A stretch of DNA of 64,000 nucleotides, from assembly GCA_951406725.2 (NCBI GenBank), contig OX597833.1, forward strand, positions 8,184,001 to 8,248,000, in the 5' to 3' direction. Below are positions 12,091 through 25,689 of the stretch, one piece after another. A program made the position numbers and the translations under genes. The notes under the pieces are model-generated. The model was given only the letters and a program-made list of their open reading frames with translations, was not told the origin of the DNA and did not search any database. The DNA is from Octopus vulgaris. Its lineage: Eukaryota. Each line of letters opens with the position of its first letter. The stretch's first letter is position 1.

Positions 12091-15000
12091 GATTTGTGCT
12101 GCATCCAGGAAGTAAGGTGGAGAGGAATTTCTTCTAGGTTCCTCACAGGCAAAGAACATAGGTGTAAAATTTTCTGGGAAGGGAACACTGATGGGGTCAG
12201 GGGCATGGATATACTTCTTGCGCAGAAATGGGTCGATAAGGTAATCAAGGTAGTCAGGGTCTGTGATAGAATACTTAAGCTTAGATTAGTGCTGCAACAT
12301 GGATTAGCAACCATTGTCTTGGCTTATGCCCCTCAGCCAGGGCTACCTGATGAACAGAAAGACCGATTTTATGGCACCCTCTTGCATACTACTATGTCGA
12401 CGAATGACAGGGACTTTCTCTTTGTGGTTGGCAACTTCAATGGACATGTTGGACAACATGCAGGGGGCTTCCATGGTGGCTACGGTTTTGGTTCCCACAA
12501 TGAGGAGGGAACCAGGCTGTTGGAGTTCTGCAATGCAAATGATCTTATGGTTTGCAATACTAATTTCAGGAAACCTGCCAGTCACCCATTACCTGACAGT
12601 TCTGTTAGACACACTAGTCAAATTGACTACATCCTCACCAGGAAATGGGAAAGATAGCGACTTATAAATGCCAAAACCTTCCCAGGTGAAGAATGCACCC
12701 CACAACATAGATTAGCAGTTAGCGACTTCAGGATCAGGGCTATATGGATACCCAAAAAACGACCAGCATGGAAAAGAAGGGTCTGGAAGCTTAAGGATCC
12801 TGTGAATGGACAAAGATTGAGAGATGTATTACTTGAAGCTTTTGACGAAATAGAGGAGGATATAGCATCACATGATGTGGAAGACAACTGGTGGTGGAAC
12901 AATGTAGTTGACAGGGCCATTAAGGAAACAAAATAGGCATGGAAGGATTGGAAGAACAGTGGTAGCAGAGAACTGTATCAGATCGCCAGAAGGGAAGCTA
13001 GGAGACAGGTTTATTTAGCCAGAGGAGAAGCAGATAAGAAAAAATTTGCCAATGTTCTGCATCGTGAGGACCAAAAACTTGAAGTGTTTTGTGTTGCAAG
13101 ACAGTGTGAGAGAGAATCATGATGTCATTAGAGAGAAATGTGTCCACATGGATGATGGTTCACTTGCATTTAGTGATGCTGCAAAGCGAGAGACTTGGAG
13201 ATGCCACTATGAAAGGTTGCTAAATAAAGAGAATAAATGGGAGAAAGAGAGTCTGCCGAATGTCGACCCAACAGAGGGACCAGCTATCCGAATTGACAGT
13301 ACCTTGGTAGATAAAGCAATTAAGGGTATGAAGGCAGGAAAGTCCCCAGCCCATCAGGAATCACCACAGAGATGCTCAAAATATCTGGCAGTGTTGGCTG
13401 TAGCCTAGTCACCTGTATAGTCAATCAGGTGATACACAAAGGAGTCATATTCAACTGCTACAACGGTAAAGGTGATGCTTTAGATACTAATAATTACAGA
13501 GGTATTGAGTTGTTGGATCAGGTAATGAAAGTCACAGAGAGGGTCATAGCCCAACTAATTAGGGAGAGAGTCACCCTAGATGAGATGCAGTTTGGGTTCA
13601 TGCCAGGAAAAAGCACCATTGATGCTGTATTTCTGGTAAGACAGCTGCAGGAGAAATACCTAGCCAAAGATAAGCCCCTGTACCTGGCTTTCGTTGATAT
13701 GGAGAAAGGCTTTGACAGGCTCCCCCGATCCCTTATCTGGTGGTCAATGTGGAAACTAGGGATAGATGAGTGGTTAATGAAAGCCATGTCAAGGGATGCT
13801 GTCAGTAAGGTGAGGTTTGGCAATGAGTATAGTGAAGAATTCCAGGTAGGAGTAGGGGTCCACTAAAGATCAGTCCTCAGCCCCCTCTTATTCATCACAG
13901 TCCTCCAGGCAATAATAAAGGAATTCAAGACAGGATGCCCCTGGGAGCTTCTCTATGCTGATGACATTACTCTAATAGCCGAGTCACTATCAGGACTAGA
14001 GGAGAATTTTCAGGTGTGGAAGCAAGGTCTAGAATAGAAGGGCCTTAGAATCAATCTAGCAAAAACCAAAGTCTTTGTCAAAGGCAGGCAAATCCCTTCA
14101 GGTAGATGGCCCTACTTGATCTGTAGAAAAGGCATAGGTAGAAACTCCATAAGATGTACGTGGTGTAAGCTAAGGACACATAAGGGGTGCAGCAATATCA
14201 AAGGAAGACTAGCTGGGAAGATAGTTTTGTGCGTGGAAAATGCTCAGGGGCAATAAACAATGAAAATGTGCAGAAAATAGCTTCTGTCACCTGCCAGGGG
14301 GAAAAACTAGAAGTAGTTCATAGCTTCCGTTACCTAGGTGACCAAGTTAGTAGCGGGGGTGGGTGCTCTGAGAGTGTAGCTGCTTGAATAAGAATAGCCT
14401 GGGCAAAATTCAGAGAGCTCCTACCTCTGTTGGTAACAAAGGGCCTCTCACTCAGAGTGAAAGGTAGACTGTATGACACATGTGGGCAAACAGCCATGCT
14501 ACATAGCAGTGAAACATGGGCTGAGGACTGCTGAGGACATGCAGGAAATGAAGCTAGTATGCTCCATTGGAAGTGTAATGTCTGTGTATATACTCAACAG
14601 AGTGTAAGCGTCCTGAGAGAAAAGATGGACCTAAGAAGTATCAGATGTGGTGTGCAAGAGAGATGACTGCATTGGTATGGTCATGTGTTGCATATGGATG
14701 AGGACAGCTGTGTGAAGAAGTATCACATCCTAACAGCAGAGGGAACCTGTGGAAGAGGTAGACACAGGAAGACCTGGGATGAGGTGGTGAAACATGACCT
14801 TTGAATGTTGGGCTTCACGGATGCAATGGCAAGCGACCGAGACCTTTGGAGATATGATGTGCTTGAGAAGACCCAGCAAGCCAAGTGAGACCGTAACCGT
14901 GACCTATGCCAGTGTTGCATAACTGGCCCATTTAAGGGTACCCTTCAATCATTGGGCAATGAACTGTGCTTGAGAAGACCTGCTGAGTCAAGTGAAATCA

Positions 15001-15229
15001 TTGTCATAGCCGATTGCAGTACCTGACTGGCACCTGTGGCGGTGGCACATAAAAAGCACCCACTACACTCTCAGAGTGGTTGGCATTAGGAAGGGCATCC
15101 AGCTGAAGAAAACCATAGCAGATCAGATTGGAGCCTGGTACAGCCTAGAGGCTTGCCAGTCCCCAGTCAAACCGGTCCAACCCATGCCAGCATGGAAAGC
15201 AGACGTAAAATGATGATGATGATCATGAT

Positions 15230-15230
<1 letters not shown>
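12088..15230 (+). mobile_element. RTE-clade LINE, near full-length but inactivated (APE + RT + 3'UTR + (TGA)n tail)
   Basis: APE motifs CIQEVRW, AYAPQ, GNFNGHVG, QIDYIL (12088-12657). RT motifs NYRGI, QFGFMPGKST, AFVDMEKGFD, GVH*RSVLSP, LYADD. Multiple frameshifts and stops; ends in a tgatgatga tail. Confidence 0.92.
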
Positions 15231-15264
<34 letters not shown>

Positions 15265-15440
15265 ATACATATATGTGTCTTGGCCGTGTGTGTGTGTGTG
15301 TTTAAGAAGTTTGCTTCCCAACTACATGGTTCCAGGTTCAGTCCCACGGTTCAGTACTTTGGAAAAGTGTCTTCCACTCTAGTCCTAGGTTGACCAAAAA
15401 CTTGTGATTGAATTTAGCAGATGGCGACAGAAAGGAGTCC

Positions 15441-15477
<37 letters not shown>

Positions 15478-15744
15478 TATAACATGACTGTGGCAAGGTA
15501 TCTCTGGCGATTGTTCTCTGGACTAAATATAAACACAATATGGTCGTATATTTTACAGATTGAGTTGAAAAGCAACAAGTGTGTCTCAGACTTTACATGC
15601 AATTCGACAAATCGGCAAAGATTCCTTCATAACAGAAACAAGGAGCAAAGGAGATAACTGCAATAATATTTTTGTTATTTGGACACAAAAGAAAACATTA
15701 TGTGGGAGTGAACTTGTTCCTTACACACACACAACCCACACACA

Positions 15745-15769
15745 CGTGTATGTGTGTGTGTGCGTGTGT

Positions 15770-15810
<41 letters not shown>

Positions 15811-15836
15811 TGCATGTGTGTGTGTGTGCGTGCGTT

Positions 15837-15870
<34 letters not shown>

Positions 15871-15899
15871 TGTGTGTGTCTGTGTGTGTATGTTTGTGT

Positions 15900-15961
<62 letters not shown>

Positions 15962-16008
15962 ATGCATGCGTGCATGCGTGTGTGTGTGCACGTGTGTGTG
16001 TGTGTGTC
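15745..16008. repeat. (TG)n microsatellite
   Basis: Direct inspection. Confidence 0.95.
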
Positions 16009-16309
16009 TATTGTCCTCCACCAACTTCCTGTTCCAGTTGTCCTTCCTTAGTTGTTGTTTCTTATCAATGAACAACAGTCTGTCAATTCCAAAGTCATTT
16101 CCTGGTCCTAAGTGTCACCAATAAGTCAACTTACAAACGTTTCAACATCCGCTTGTCCCTGCTTGCATAGATCGGACGCTTGAAGCCCTTCCTCTTTCCA
16201 TCCCTTACATGTTTTCAAGTAAAATGATATCTGCCCCAAGATAAGACATGTTTTCACAAAAGACAGGAAACAGAGGTTACCTGTTGCATGACCGTATCAC
16301 TGTTTATAG

Positions 16310-17290
<981 letters not shown>

Positions 17291-18076
17291 CTTTCATAGT
17301 AGAAGGAGATGCTGAAAAATTCCTGGTTTTGGATAAAAGAAAATACAGGAGAATCAGTTAATTATGATTTTATTCAACATATTCCCCTCTCAGATTCACA
17401 CATTTATTGCTGCGGTCCTTCAGTTCTTCTTAGCTCTGCAACAAGAACTCAGAAGGTTGTGTCTCCAACCAAGCCTTTCGCAATACCCTTAAAGCCAGGA
17501 ACCTTTCAGGACCCCCTTATTTTTCTATAGCTCAGCCCCAAATACCAACTTTAGTCCTGTTTTAGTCTATAAAGATCATGGCTTCTATTTTCACCTGCCA
17601 GTGCCATGCTCTCTCTTTAATACACTATTTTACTAAACCAAACTAATTTCCAGTTTTCCTTTTTTCATCTGATGTATTCATTAATATTTATTACGGTCAG
17701 GGTTTCTATTTTGCAGAGAAACTATTTTCACAAACAGTTCCCACCAGTTTTTCTCAAGGATCCTCAATAGATGAGAGCTTAGTTCACTGAATTTACGTTT
17801 TCCATCGTTTTCTGATTTTTCTTATTTTCTCTTTTCTTGTGATGAATAAAAGTTAAAAACAAAAGACAAACAAACAAACAAATAAGGTTTAATTTTTCAA
17901 CAGAATCTAAAACTGCAAATTTTCACAAAGAATAAACAATGGACGACTTTGTAGGGAAAAAGAACTGTTGGCAGCCGTAAACTGACTCGTCTGGAAAACA
18001 AAAACTGCACTGGACCAGCAGCGTGTGTGTGGGGTGGGGGTGGGGGGGGTGAGTATGTATGAGGATGTATGTAGAC

Positions 18077-18295
18077 CAGTGCTTTTCAAACTTTTTGCTG
18101 GAGTGGAACCCCAAGGAAACATTCCACTGGCTTGAGGAACTCCTGTGCAATAATTTAATAGTCTTATGCACACATATCTGCACAGGAGAATTAAAAACTA
18201 CTACCGATTTTAGCAGTTTTGTAACTTCTTGCGGAATCCCTGGACTGTACTGGTGGAACCCTAAGGTTCCGCGGAACCCTGGTTGAAAACCACTG
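18077..18295. mobile_element. hAT (Charlie-like) MITE with perfect 8-bp TSD
   Basis: TIRs CAGTGCTTTTCAA / TTGAAAACCACTG; TSD ATGTAGAC at 18069-18076 and 18296-18303. Confidence 0.9.
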
Positions 18296-18303
18296 ATGTA
18301 GAC

Positions 18304-18675
18304 AATAATTCTGAGCACCTTTTCAAACTCCACCTGTCTAACACCCGTGGACATGTTTACAAAGTCAGAAAACAGCACAGCTCCCATGACTTTAGGAAAC
18401 ATTTTTTCAGGCTGAGAGTTGCTGAAGCATGGAACAAACTGCCAGCATCAGTTGTTAGTTGTCGGAGCACTGCATCCTTCAAAACTTCCATGCTTCCTGA
18501 GATTCGTCAACACTACACTTGATTTTCTCCCCTCCATACACACGCAAGCATGTATCTGACTCGTACACTGTTCACTTCCCAGACATTTGTACATTACTGC
18601 ATATGCTTTATACGCACTTTCTGACAAGTTGTGGTGCACCTGAGCACTGTATACAATAATTTCATTATTATTATT
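18304..18675 (+). mobile_element. CR1-like LINE 3' end
   Basis: NTRGHVYKVRK...RKHFFRLRVAEAWNKLP...FK C-terminal motif, followed by a 3'UTR and an (ATT)n tail. Confidence 0.85.
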
Positions 18676-19138
18676 TAGATGTATGTAGATGTATGTGTGT
18701 GCATCATATGCTTATACACACATATATACGCAGAAACGCACATATACACACTGGACTGGCAGAAATCGACAAGCAGTAAGCCTGGTATTGAATTATTATA
18801 TAACAGCTTGTGATATTTATAATTACTTCTTAATTTTTAAAGTAACGATCGTGATGGCGATGGTGTGTGTGTGTGTGCGTTAAGTAGGCTTTGTAACATT
18901 TCTAACAAAGGCCAGTGAAGTTGCCTTGTTTGGCAAGTTCGACCTAGATTGTTTCTAATGTAAACAAGAAATATTTTCACAGTCAATGGGTCAAGGACAT
19001 TAGAAAAGGATAAAAAGCAAAGGAACCCTCCGACGCCCCCCCCCCCGTAGGTAAGGAAGGGAGATAACTTTTTCTATCAATTCAAGAAAGTCTTCAGCTG
19101 TGTCCAGGCTGTGTCCAGAGAAACTGTCTGGACATGTC

Positions 19139-19377
19139 TTAACTCTTTAGCGTTCAGATTACTCTCTCAAATCTAATGCATATTTCTTCACATTATTTTG
19201 AAATAATCCTGTATTATCTCATAGCTTTGAGATTTCAATGATCTGATTATTCATTTTTAGAATGACATTGTCAGGTAGGTGTGAGAGGCTGGATCTGGCC
19301 AGCCAGAACATAAAACAGGTAGAATATTTGGGCTGGATATTGACCCATATATTGGCTGATTTAAATGCTTAACAGTT
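19139..19377. mobile_element. TTAA-type MITE family (second)
   Basis: ttaactctttagcgttcagatt...tttaaatgcttaacagtt; homologous copies at ~40708-40890 and ~44375-44572. Confidence 0.55.
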
Positions 19378-19879
19378 GGGCAAAAAGCTTGTGCTAACCA
19401 CTACAGATGTCACCAGATGTCCTATCCTAGCATATTTCTGAAGCCAAGTCCATCTGTTTAGCCTCTACCCTTATCGCCAGATCTTTTACACTCCAGATGT
19501 AATGTAGCGATCAGGTAAGGCAGTCTTGTCCTGAGCAAGACATTAAACTACATCCAGTGATGAAGCTCCAGCTGGGGCGTTCACAAGTCTTGAAAGGTGT
19601 GGAGTTACTCCCTCGATATCACTACTTCCAGGTCTGCTCTGATGTAGGGTCAGGGTATCTGTTAAGGGCCCCTGTTATGGCTCAAATAGCAGGAGATAGT
19701 TCTGTTACTCAGGCATACATGACTTGGAGGAGTGGTTAGCTCCCAGAAATGTACCACATACGCCTGCCATTGTGTGGATATGCGAGGGTGTCACGTAAAC
19801 CAATCCCTCTACTTAAGGGTCAAATAGATTCTGTGCCTCAAGGCAAAAATGAGGAGAACTAGAGACTGGCAGAATAAAT

Positions 19880-20445
19880 TCATTATCATCATCATCATCA
19901 TCATCATCATTTAACGTCCGCTTTCCATGCTGGCATGGGTTGGACGGTTCAACTGGGGTCTGGGAAGCCAGGAGGCTGCACCAGGCCCAGTCTGATCTGG
20001 CAGTGTCTCTACAGCTGGATGCCCTTCCTAACGCCAACCACTCCATGAGTGTAATGGGTGCTTTTTACGTGCCACCCACACAGGTGCCAGATGGAGCTGG
20101 CAAATGGCCACAAACGGATGGTGCTTTTTACGTGCCACCGGCATGGGGTCCAGGCGAGGCTGGCAACGGCCATGATCGGATGGTGCTATTTACGTGCCAC
20201 CAGCATGGGGGCCAGGCGAGGCTGGCAAACGGCCACGGACAGATGGTGCTTTTTACATGCCACCGGCACGGGGGCCAGTCGGGGAAGCGCTGGCAACGAC
20301 CACGGTCGGGTGGTGCGGGGGCCAGGCGTGGCTGGCAACGGCCACGATCGGATGGTGCTTTTTACGTTCCACTGGCACTGGTATCACAGCTGCAATTTCT
20401 ATTGATGTTGATCGACTTTGATTTTGGTTCTGATTTCTGATTTCG
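19880..20445 (-). mobile_element. RTE 3'-end copy with internal ~62-bp tandem array
   Basis: Same tail family as above; about 5 units beginning ggtgcttttacgtgccacc at 20057-20375. Confidence 0.85.
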
Positions 20446-21055
20446 TAAATAAAAAGAAAGAAGCAATGGGAAACCGTTGCTGTTTTGTTCCCCAGAAAAT
20501 TCATTGAAACTTGAGAGTTTGGTATGGAAGAGCCAGACCACCGACAGAAACAGCACAAGAGGAGAGCGGGGGGTGGGGCGGGGGTGGGGCGAGATTCTGA
20601 TGTATGACCATCCAAATATCCGATCTCTATTACTTCAAAGAATATAACATCAGAGATGCTTTAGATCGATGAGATTTATGAGTGAAGCTGACAGCAATAT
20701 TTTCAGGAGATTAAAGCCGGATTAATTGACAATTATCCAGAATGAGGTCAAGTTAAAGTAATTAGTTATGCTAATTATCCTGACAGATTAACCGGTGACT
20801 TGGTTGTCCTTAGTGAATTCTATAAATATTTTCTTGGTAACACTTTAGATGAAGCTTTGCAGATTAACATCAAATTAACATTTTCTTTCATTAATCTCTG
20901 GTCATGTGACACAAGAATTAGATGGGAATTCTTAGATTTTTATTTGTTTTTTTTTTTATTTTTCTTTTTCATTTTTCTTTTTCATTAAGATATAAAACAA
21001 AATCTTGTTCTCCTTTGTATGTTTTATATTTTTGTTACACCACTATACATATAGG

Positions 21056-21477
21056 TGTAGGAGTGGCTGTGTGGTAAGTAGCTTGCTTCCCAACCACATG
21101 GTTCCGGGTTCAGTCCCACTGCGTGGCACCTTGGGCAAGTGTCTTCTACTATAACCTCAGGCCGACCAAAGCCTTGTGAGTGGATTTGGTAGACGGAAAC
21201 TGAAAGAAGCCCGTCGTATATATGCATATGTATATATATGTGTGTGTGTGTATGTTTGTATGTCTGTGTTTGTTCCCCCATCATTGCTTGACAACCGATG
21301 CTGGTGTGTTCATGTCTTCGTTACTTAGTGGTTCGGCAAAAAGAGACCGATAGAATAAGTACTAGGCTTACAAAAGAATAACTCCCTGGGGGTCGAGTTG
21401 CTCGACTAAAGGCGGTGCTCCAGCATGGCCGTGGTCAAATGACTGAAACAAGTAAAAGAGTAAAAGAATAAAAGAAT
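21056..21477 (+). mobile_element. tRNA-derived SINE family B
   Basis: A-box tggctgtgtggtaag, B-box ggttcagtccc, internal microsatellite, (AGTAAAAG)n tail. Confidence 0.88.
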
Positions 21478-21547
21478 ACACACACACACACACATGTACA
21501 TACATACATACATACACACACATGCATGTGTACATACATACATACAC

Positions 21548-21578
<31 letters not shown>

Positions 21579-21635
21579 CACATACATGCATATACACATA
21601 CATGCATACATACATACATACATACATACATTCAC

Positions 21636-21666
<31 letters not shown>

Positions 21667-21870
21667 CACATACATGCATATACACATACATGCATACATA
21701 CATACATGCATACATACATACATATACACATACATGCATATACACATACATGCATACATACATACATACAAACATACATACATACACACACATGCATGTG
21801 TACATACATCCATACATGCATGTATGCATGCATATACATATATGTATACACACATACACACACGTACACG
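21478..21870. repeat. (TACA)n/(CA)n compound satellite
   Basis: Direct inspection. Confidence 0.95.
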
Positions 21871-22184
21871 CATTTCCTATGCATAAGGCACTCTTATCCT
21901 TTTGTGTCGTAAAAAAAGGGCCCCCAGTCCAGGGACTGAAGCTGAAGCTGAAGGGCTGTGGCCGTTCTTTGATTCTGTGTCGACCTTTCTTGAGTCGGTG
22001 CCACAAGAAAATGGCATCAAGCAGAATGTATGAAGGGATTGAGAATAGGAAAGACATCCAGTCGTGGGAGCGAAACGAAACGACAGGTTGAGGGGCCAGG
22101 GTCTGTCAATGAGAATATAATGACTCATCCAACCCATGCCAGCATGGAAAACAGAAAGGATGCTGCAGCCATTGCTGCTGCTGT

Positions 22185-22267
22185 TGATGATGATGATGAT
22201 GATGATGATGATGACGACGACGACAACGACAACGATGATGATGATCATGATGCTGGTGGTGTTGTTG

Positions 22268-22299
<32 letters not shown>

Positions 22300-22810
22300 G
22301 GTGGTGGTATTGGTGGTGGTGGAAATGATGATCATGAAGATGATGACAGTGGTGATAGTGGTGGTGGTGATGAAGGTGGTGGTGGTGTTGGTGGTGGCGA
22401 TTCTCTTCCGCAGCTTCCACCCCACATCACTCCCCATCCCCATGTCTACCTCCACCTCTCCCTACACCATTATCCACCATGTCTCCTCATCCCCTATTCC
22501 CCACTACCCCGCCACTTCCACCATCACCATCACTACAACCAACACCATGCTACTAAGGCACCCTCACAACCACTACTTCAACCCTACTACAACACCACCA
22601 CCCTACCTACACATCGCTATGTCCATAACCACCACCACCACCACCTTTGCAACATCACCATGACCATCACCACCCACACTGCTACATCTACCACCACAAC
22701 CATCACTGCTAACACCACTTCCACTACTACAACCACAACTAGCACAAACTTCAACCACCACCACCACCGCCACTGCCACCACAACAACCACCACCACTAC
22801 CACCACTCGC
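22185..22810. repeat. Trinucleotide mosaic: (GAT/GTT/GGT)n then (CAC/CAT/AAC)n
   Basis: Direct inspection. Confidence 0.9.
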
Positions 22811-22926
22811 AGCCCCCCTCCCCCCACTCCTTGCCATTACGATCCAGATCTATAATTGTATGTTGCAGAACTTGCAACTGTGATTAATTGCTCGTTAAGA
22901 AATAATTGTATGTGTGTGCTCAGCTG

Positions 22927-23042
22927 AAAGGTCAAAAGAAGGATGTCCCTTATCATGTACAAAGGTCATACTTAGGTCATGACGTCACAAAGGTCACGTG
23001 AAGGTCACATCATTGGAAAGGTCATGTTAGTGTCAAAGGTTA
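22927..23042 (+). promoter_or_regulatory. Cluster of nuclear-receptor response elements (6x AGGTCA, 2 DR5, 4 NBRE-type AAAGGTCA, CRE, E-box)
   Basis: AGGTCA at 22929, 22963, 22974, 22991, 23002 and 23019; TGACGTCA at 22980-22987; CACGTG at 22995-23000. Motifs are read directly; function is inferred. Confidence 0.55.
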
Positions 23043-23169
23043 TCATAGAGGGAATGAGGGAAACATGTCTAGCATCTCACTCTGATAGAAATAACCGACG
23101 TAGTGGTGTTCATGCCGCTCTCTTTGGAGGCAGCCATTTCCAGACCTTTTGTAAGTGTTATGGCCCACT

Positions 23170-23690
23170 TATTTGTCCTGCAAGGTACTTGGTGACCCTG
23201 TCAGTGCAGGTGCCACTTAAAAAGCACTCAGTCCACACTGTAAAGTGGTTGGTGTTCAGAAGGGCATCCAGCTGTAAAAACCTTGCCTCTGCTTGTGCCT
23301 CATAAAAAGCACAAAGTCCACTCTGCTGAGTGGTTGATGTTAGGAAATGCATCTGGCTGTAAAAATCCTTCAAAAACAGTCGCAGAAATCTGGTGCAGGC
23401 TTCAGCCTGGCCGGCACTTGTGAAACCATCTAACCCATGCCAGCATGGAAGGCAGACGTTAAACGAAGATGATGATGATGATGATGTATAAGGATATGTG
23501 TGTATCATCATTATCGTCATTTGACGTCCACTGTCCATGCCGGCATGGGTTGGACAGTGTGACCAGGGCTGCTAAGCTGAGGGGCTGCACCAGACTCCAG
23601 TCTGATTTGGTACAGTCTCTACAGCTGGATGCTGCCCTTCCTAATGCCAACCACTTTACGAAGTGTACTGGGTGCTTTTATTTGGTGCCG
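23170..23690. mobile_element. Tail-to-tail pair of RTE 3'-end copies
   Basis: + copy 23170-23487 ends in (GAT)n; - copy 23505-23690 starts with catcatta. Confidence 0.8.
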
Positions 23691-25689
23691 CACAGGCTCC
23701 TTTACATTTCACCACATGGGCGCTCTACACGAGCAGAAGGATTGGTCCTAGTACTTCTGCTGCAGGGTCTTCTTGCGTAGGGCCAGGCACCTGTATATAT
23801 TTATGTATGTGTTTGTGTGTATTCTAGTGTAGACATCAACTGGTGGTTGCAAATGAGCATACCAGTCATACACGTGAGGTTATACTCTTCTAATCACCGG
23901 CAAAACCCGTGTCTGGCCATCAAGAAATAGAATCTTGCTTAGAAAGAGGTGAGTGTTGGAGGGAAGGTGTGTGACCCTGAGATACCGAAGAGCCGTGGAC
24001 AAGGGAGACAACTGTTCTGGTCCTGTTCTCTATGGCAGCTTCGTTTTGTCAAACCCTGACTGTAACCTCTGACCTTTGTTCACACTAAAACTGTATGAAA
24101 GGCGAAGGTCACACTTCAGGGCTCAAATCCAGCAGTCAGATATTCCTCATTGATTTTTGATGTTCCACCGAAATCAGGTTCAATTCCTGCCTGAACATTT
24201 TTTTTTTTCATTTCTCTCTTCTGGAATGTCAGTCAAATATCTTTAAAAAAAGTGACTCTACCCACCCACCCCCGCTCCCCACCCCCACTGTCACCACCAT
24301 CAGCATCACCACCACCTCCACTCCATCCTAAACATGGAATCGATGTCTTCTTAAGCAAGTTCTTTGGTAACAAAACATTGGCAAAGTCTGATAGGGAATA
24401 ACAAAACAATGGTGCAGGGTGGGGCGGGGGTTTGTGGGAGGATTCATTTAAATAAAAGGGGTTATTATTAGGGAACAGGTTAGGTAGATGGAAGGGGTCA
24501 ACTATACCTGTGGCTTTGTGGTCAGGGTGTTGCACTCGCGATTGTAAAATTGTGGTTTCAATTCCTGGAACAAGAGATGCATTGTTTTGTTGAGCAAAAC
24601 ACTTTGTTTCACCTTTATCCCAATCTGCTCAGCTGGCAAAAGTGAGTTATCGTATGATGGGCTGGCGTCCTATCCAGGGGTAGAGGGAATAAATATGCTG
24701 TAGGATTTAGGAAAAAGGCTTTAACCTTTGATGTATTGCCTTAAGAAAACTGGTGTTGGCTATGGTAGTTAAATGTTTTGATATAGACAGGTACAGAGGG
24801 AGGAAGGGAGATGGGTGGGAAGGCAGGTAGGGAGAGAGAGAGAGAGGTAGTTAGGTAAGTGAGATTTTTTGGTTGGTAGGTAATTAGGTAAGATCAGTAA
24901 CACCTATGGTGTCATCACAAACTTTGTGAAGGTCTCAGGATGCAATGGACCGTGTAAAACATGGTTTACCATTTTCCATCCATTCCACAGAATCTGTTTG
25001 GAAGTTCAGTCTTATCACCAGAGTCCAGTCATTCTTTCCTTTCTCCAAAACAAAATAAAAATTATTTGTTTCTTTCTGATAGAATTGTTTCATTCTGACA
25101 GAATATACCAATTTCCATTTGACAGGAATTCTGCTGGCATCATTAATGCATCAAAAGTAATGACTTTTGATTCACTGTCTAATTTTAACAATTTGTTTCC
25201 ATCTCCTATAGTTTGTAGCCAGCAATTTCAGGAAATCACTGAAAATATTTCTCATCTGTTTTTCATCTGTTTTGGTGCAGCAAACTCAGAGATGAGCTGA
25301 AGAAGGTAAAACCTATTTCAATGTTAGAATATCAAATACAGAAGATAGCTTTCGCAATTTTTTATTGTTTAAAAAGTACATTTTTTTCTGATTGACCACC
25401 TACATTGTACTTTTGTGAATTTTGTCAATTCATTCCAAACATGATGTTCTGTGAAACTGGATCACAATACATTTCCGACTCACTTTATCGATGGGATTTG
25501 TGGTAATGTGGTGAGAATAGTCTTGTGAAATCTTCTCAGTAAACACTGTTGACCATTTTTACTGCTCTCAAAGAATATCAGTCATTCCTTTTCATAAGAA
25601 ACAGCAAATTTCAAAAGTTACGATGCTAATTTGTCTTCATCAACACTAATTACCATATCCAGGCATTGTTTTCTCTTTGAGTATTCCAT

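Noticed and set aside
20057-20375. CRISPR array or bona fide HDV ribozyme
   Set aside because: Whole units are repeated. I could not assemble the nested double pseudoknot or catalytic C of an HDV fold by eye.
22030-22887. 285-aa Asp/Gly/His/Thr-rich ORF
   Set aside because: Translation of trinucleotide repeats and an RTE tail; no splice or domain support.
24926-25660. Coding-like AT-rich stretch (possible transposase remnant)
   Set aside because: No family-diagnostic motif recognised on either strand.
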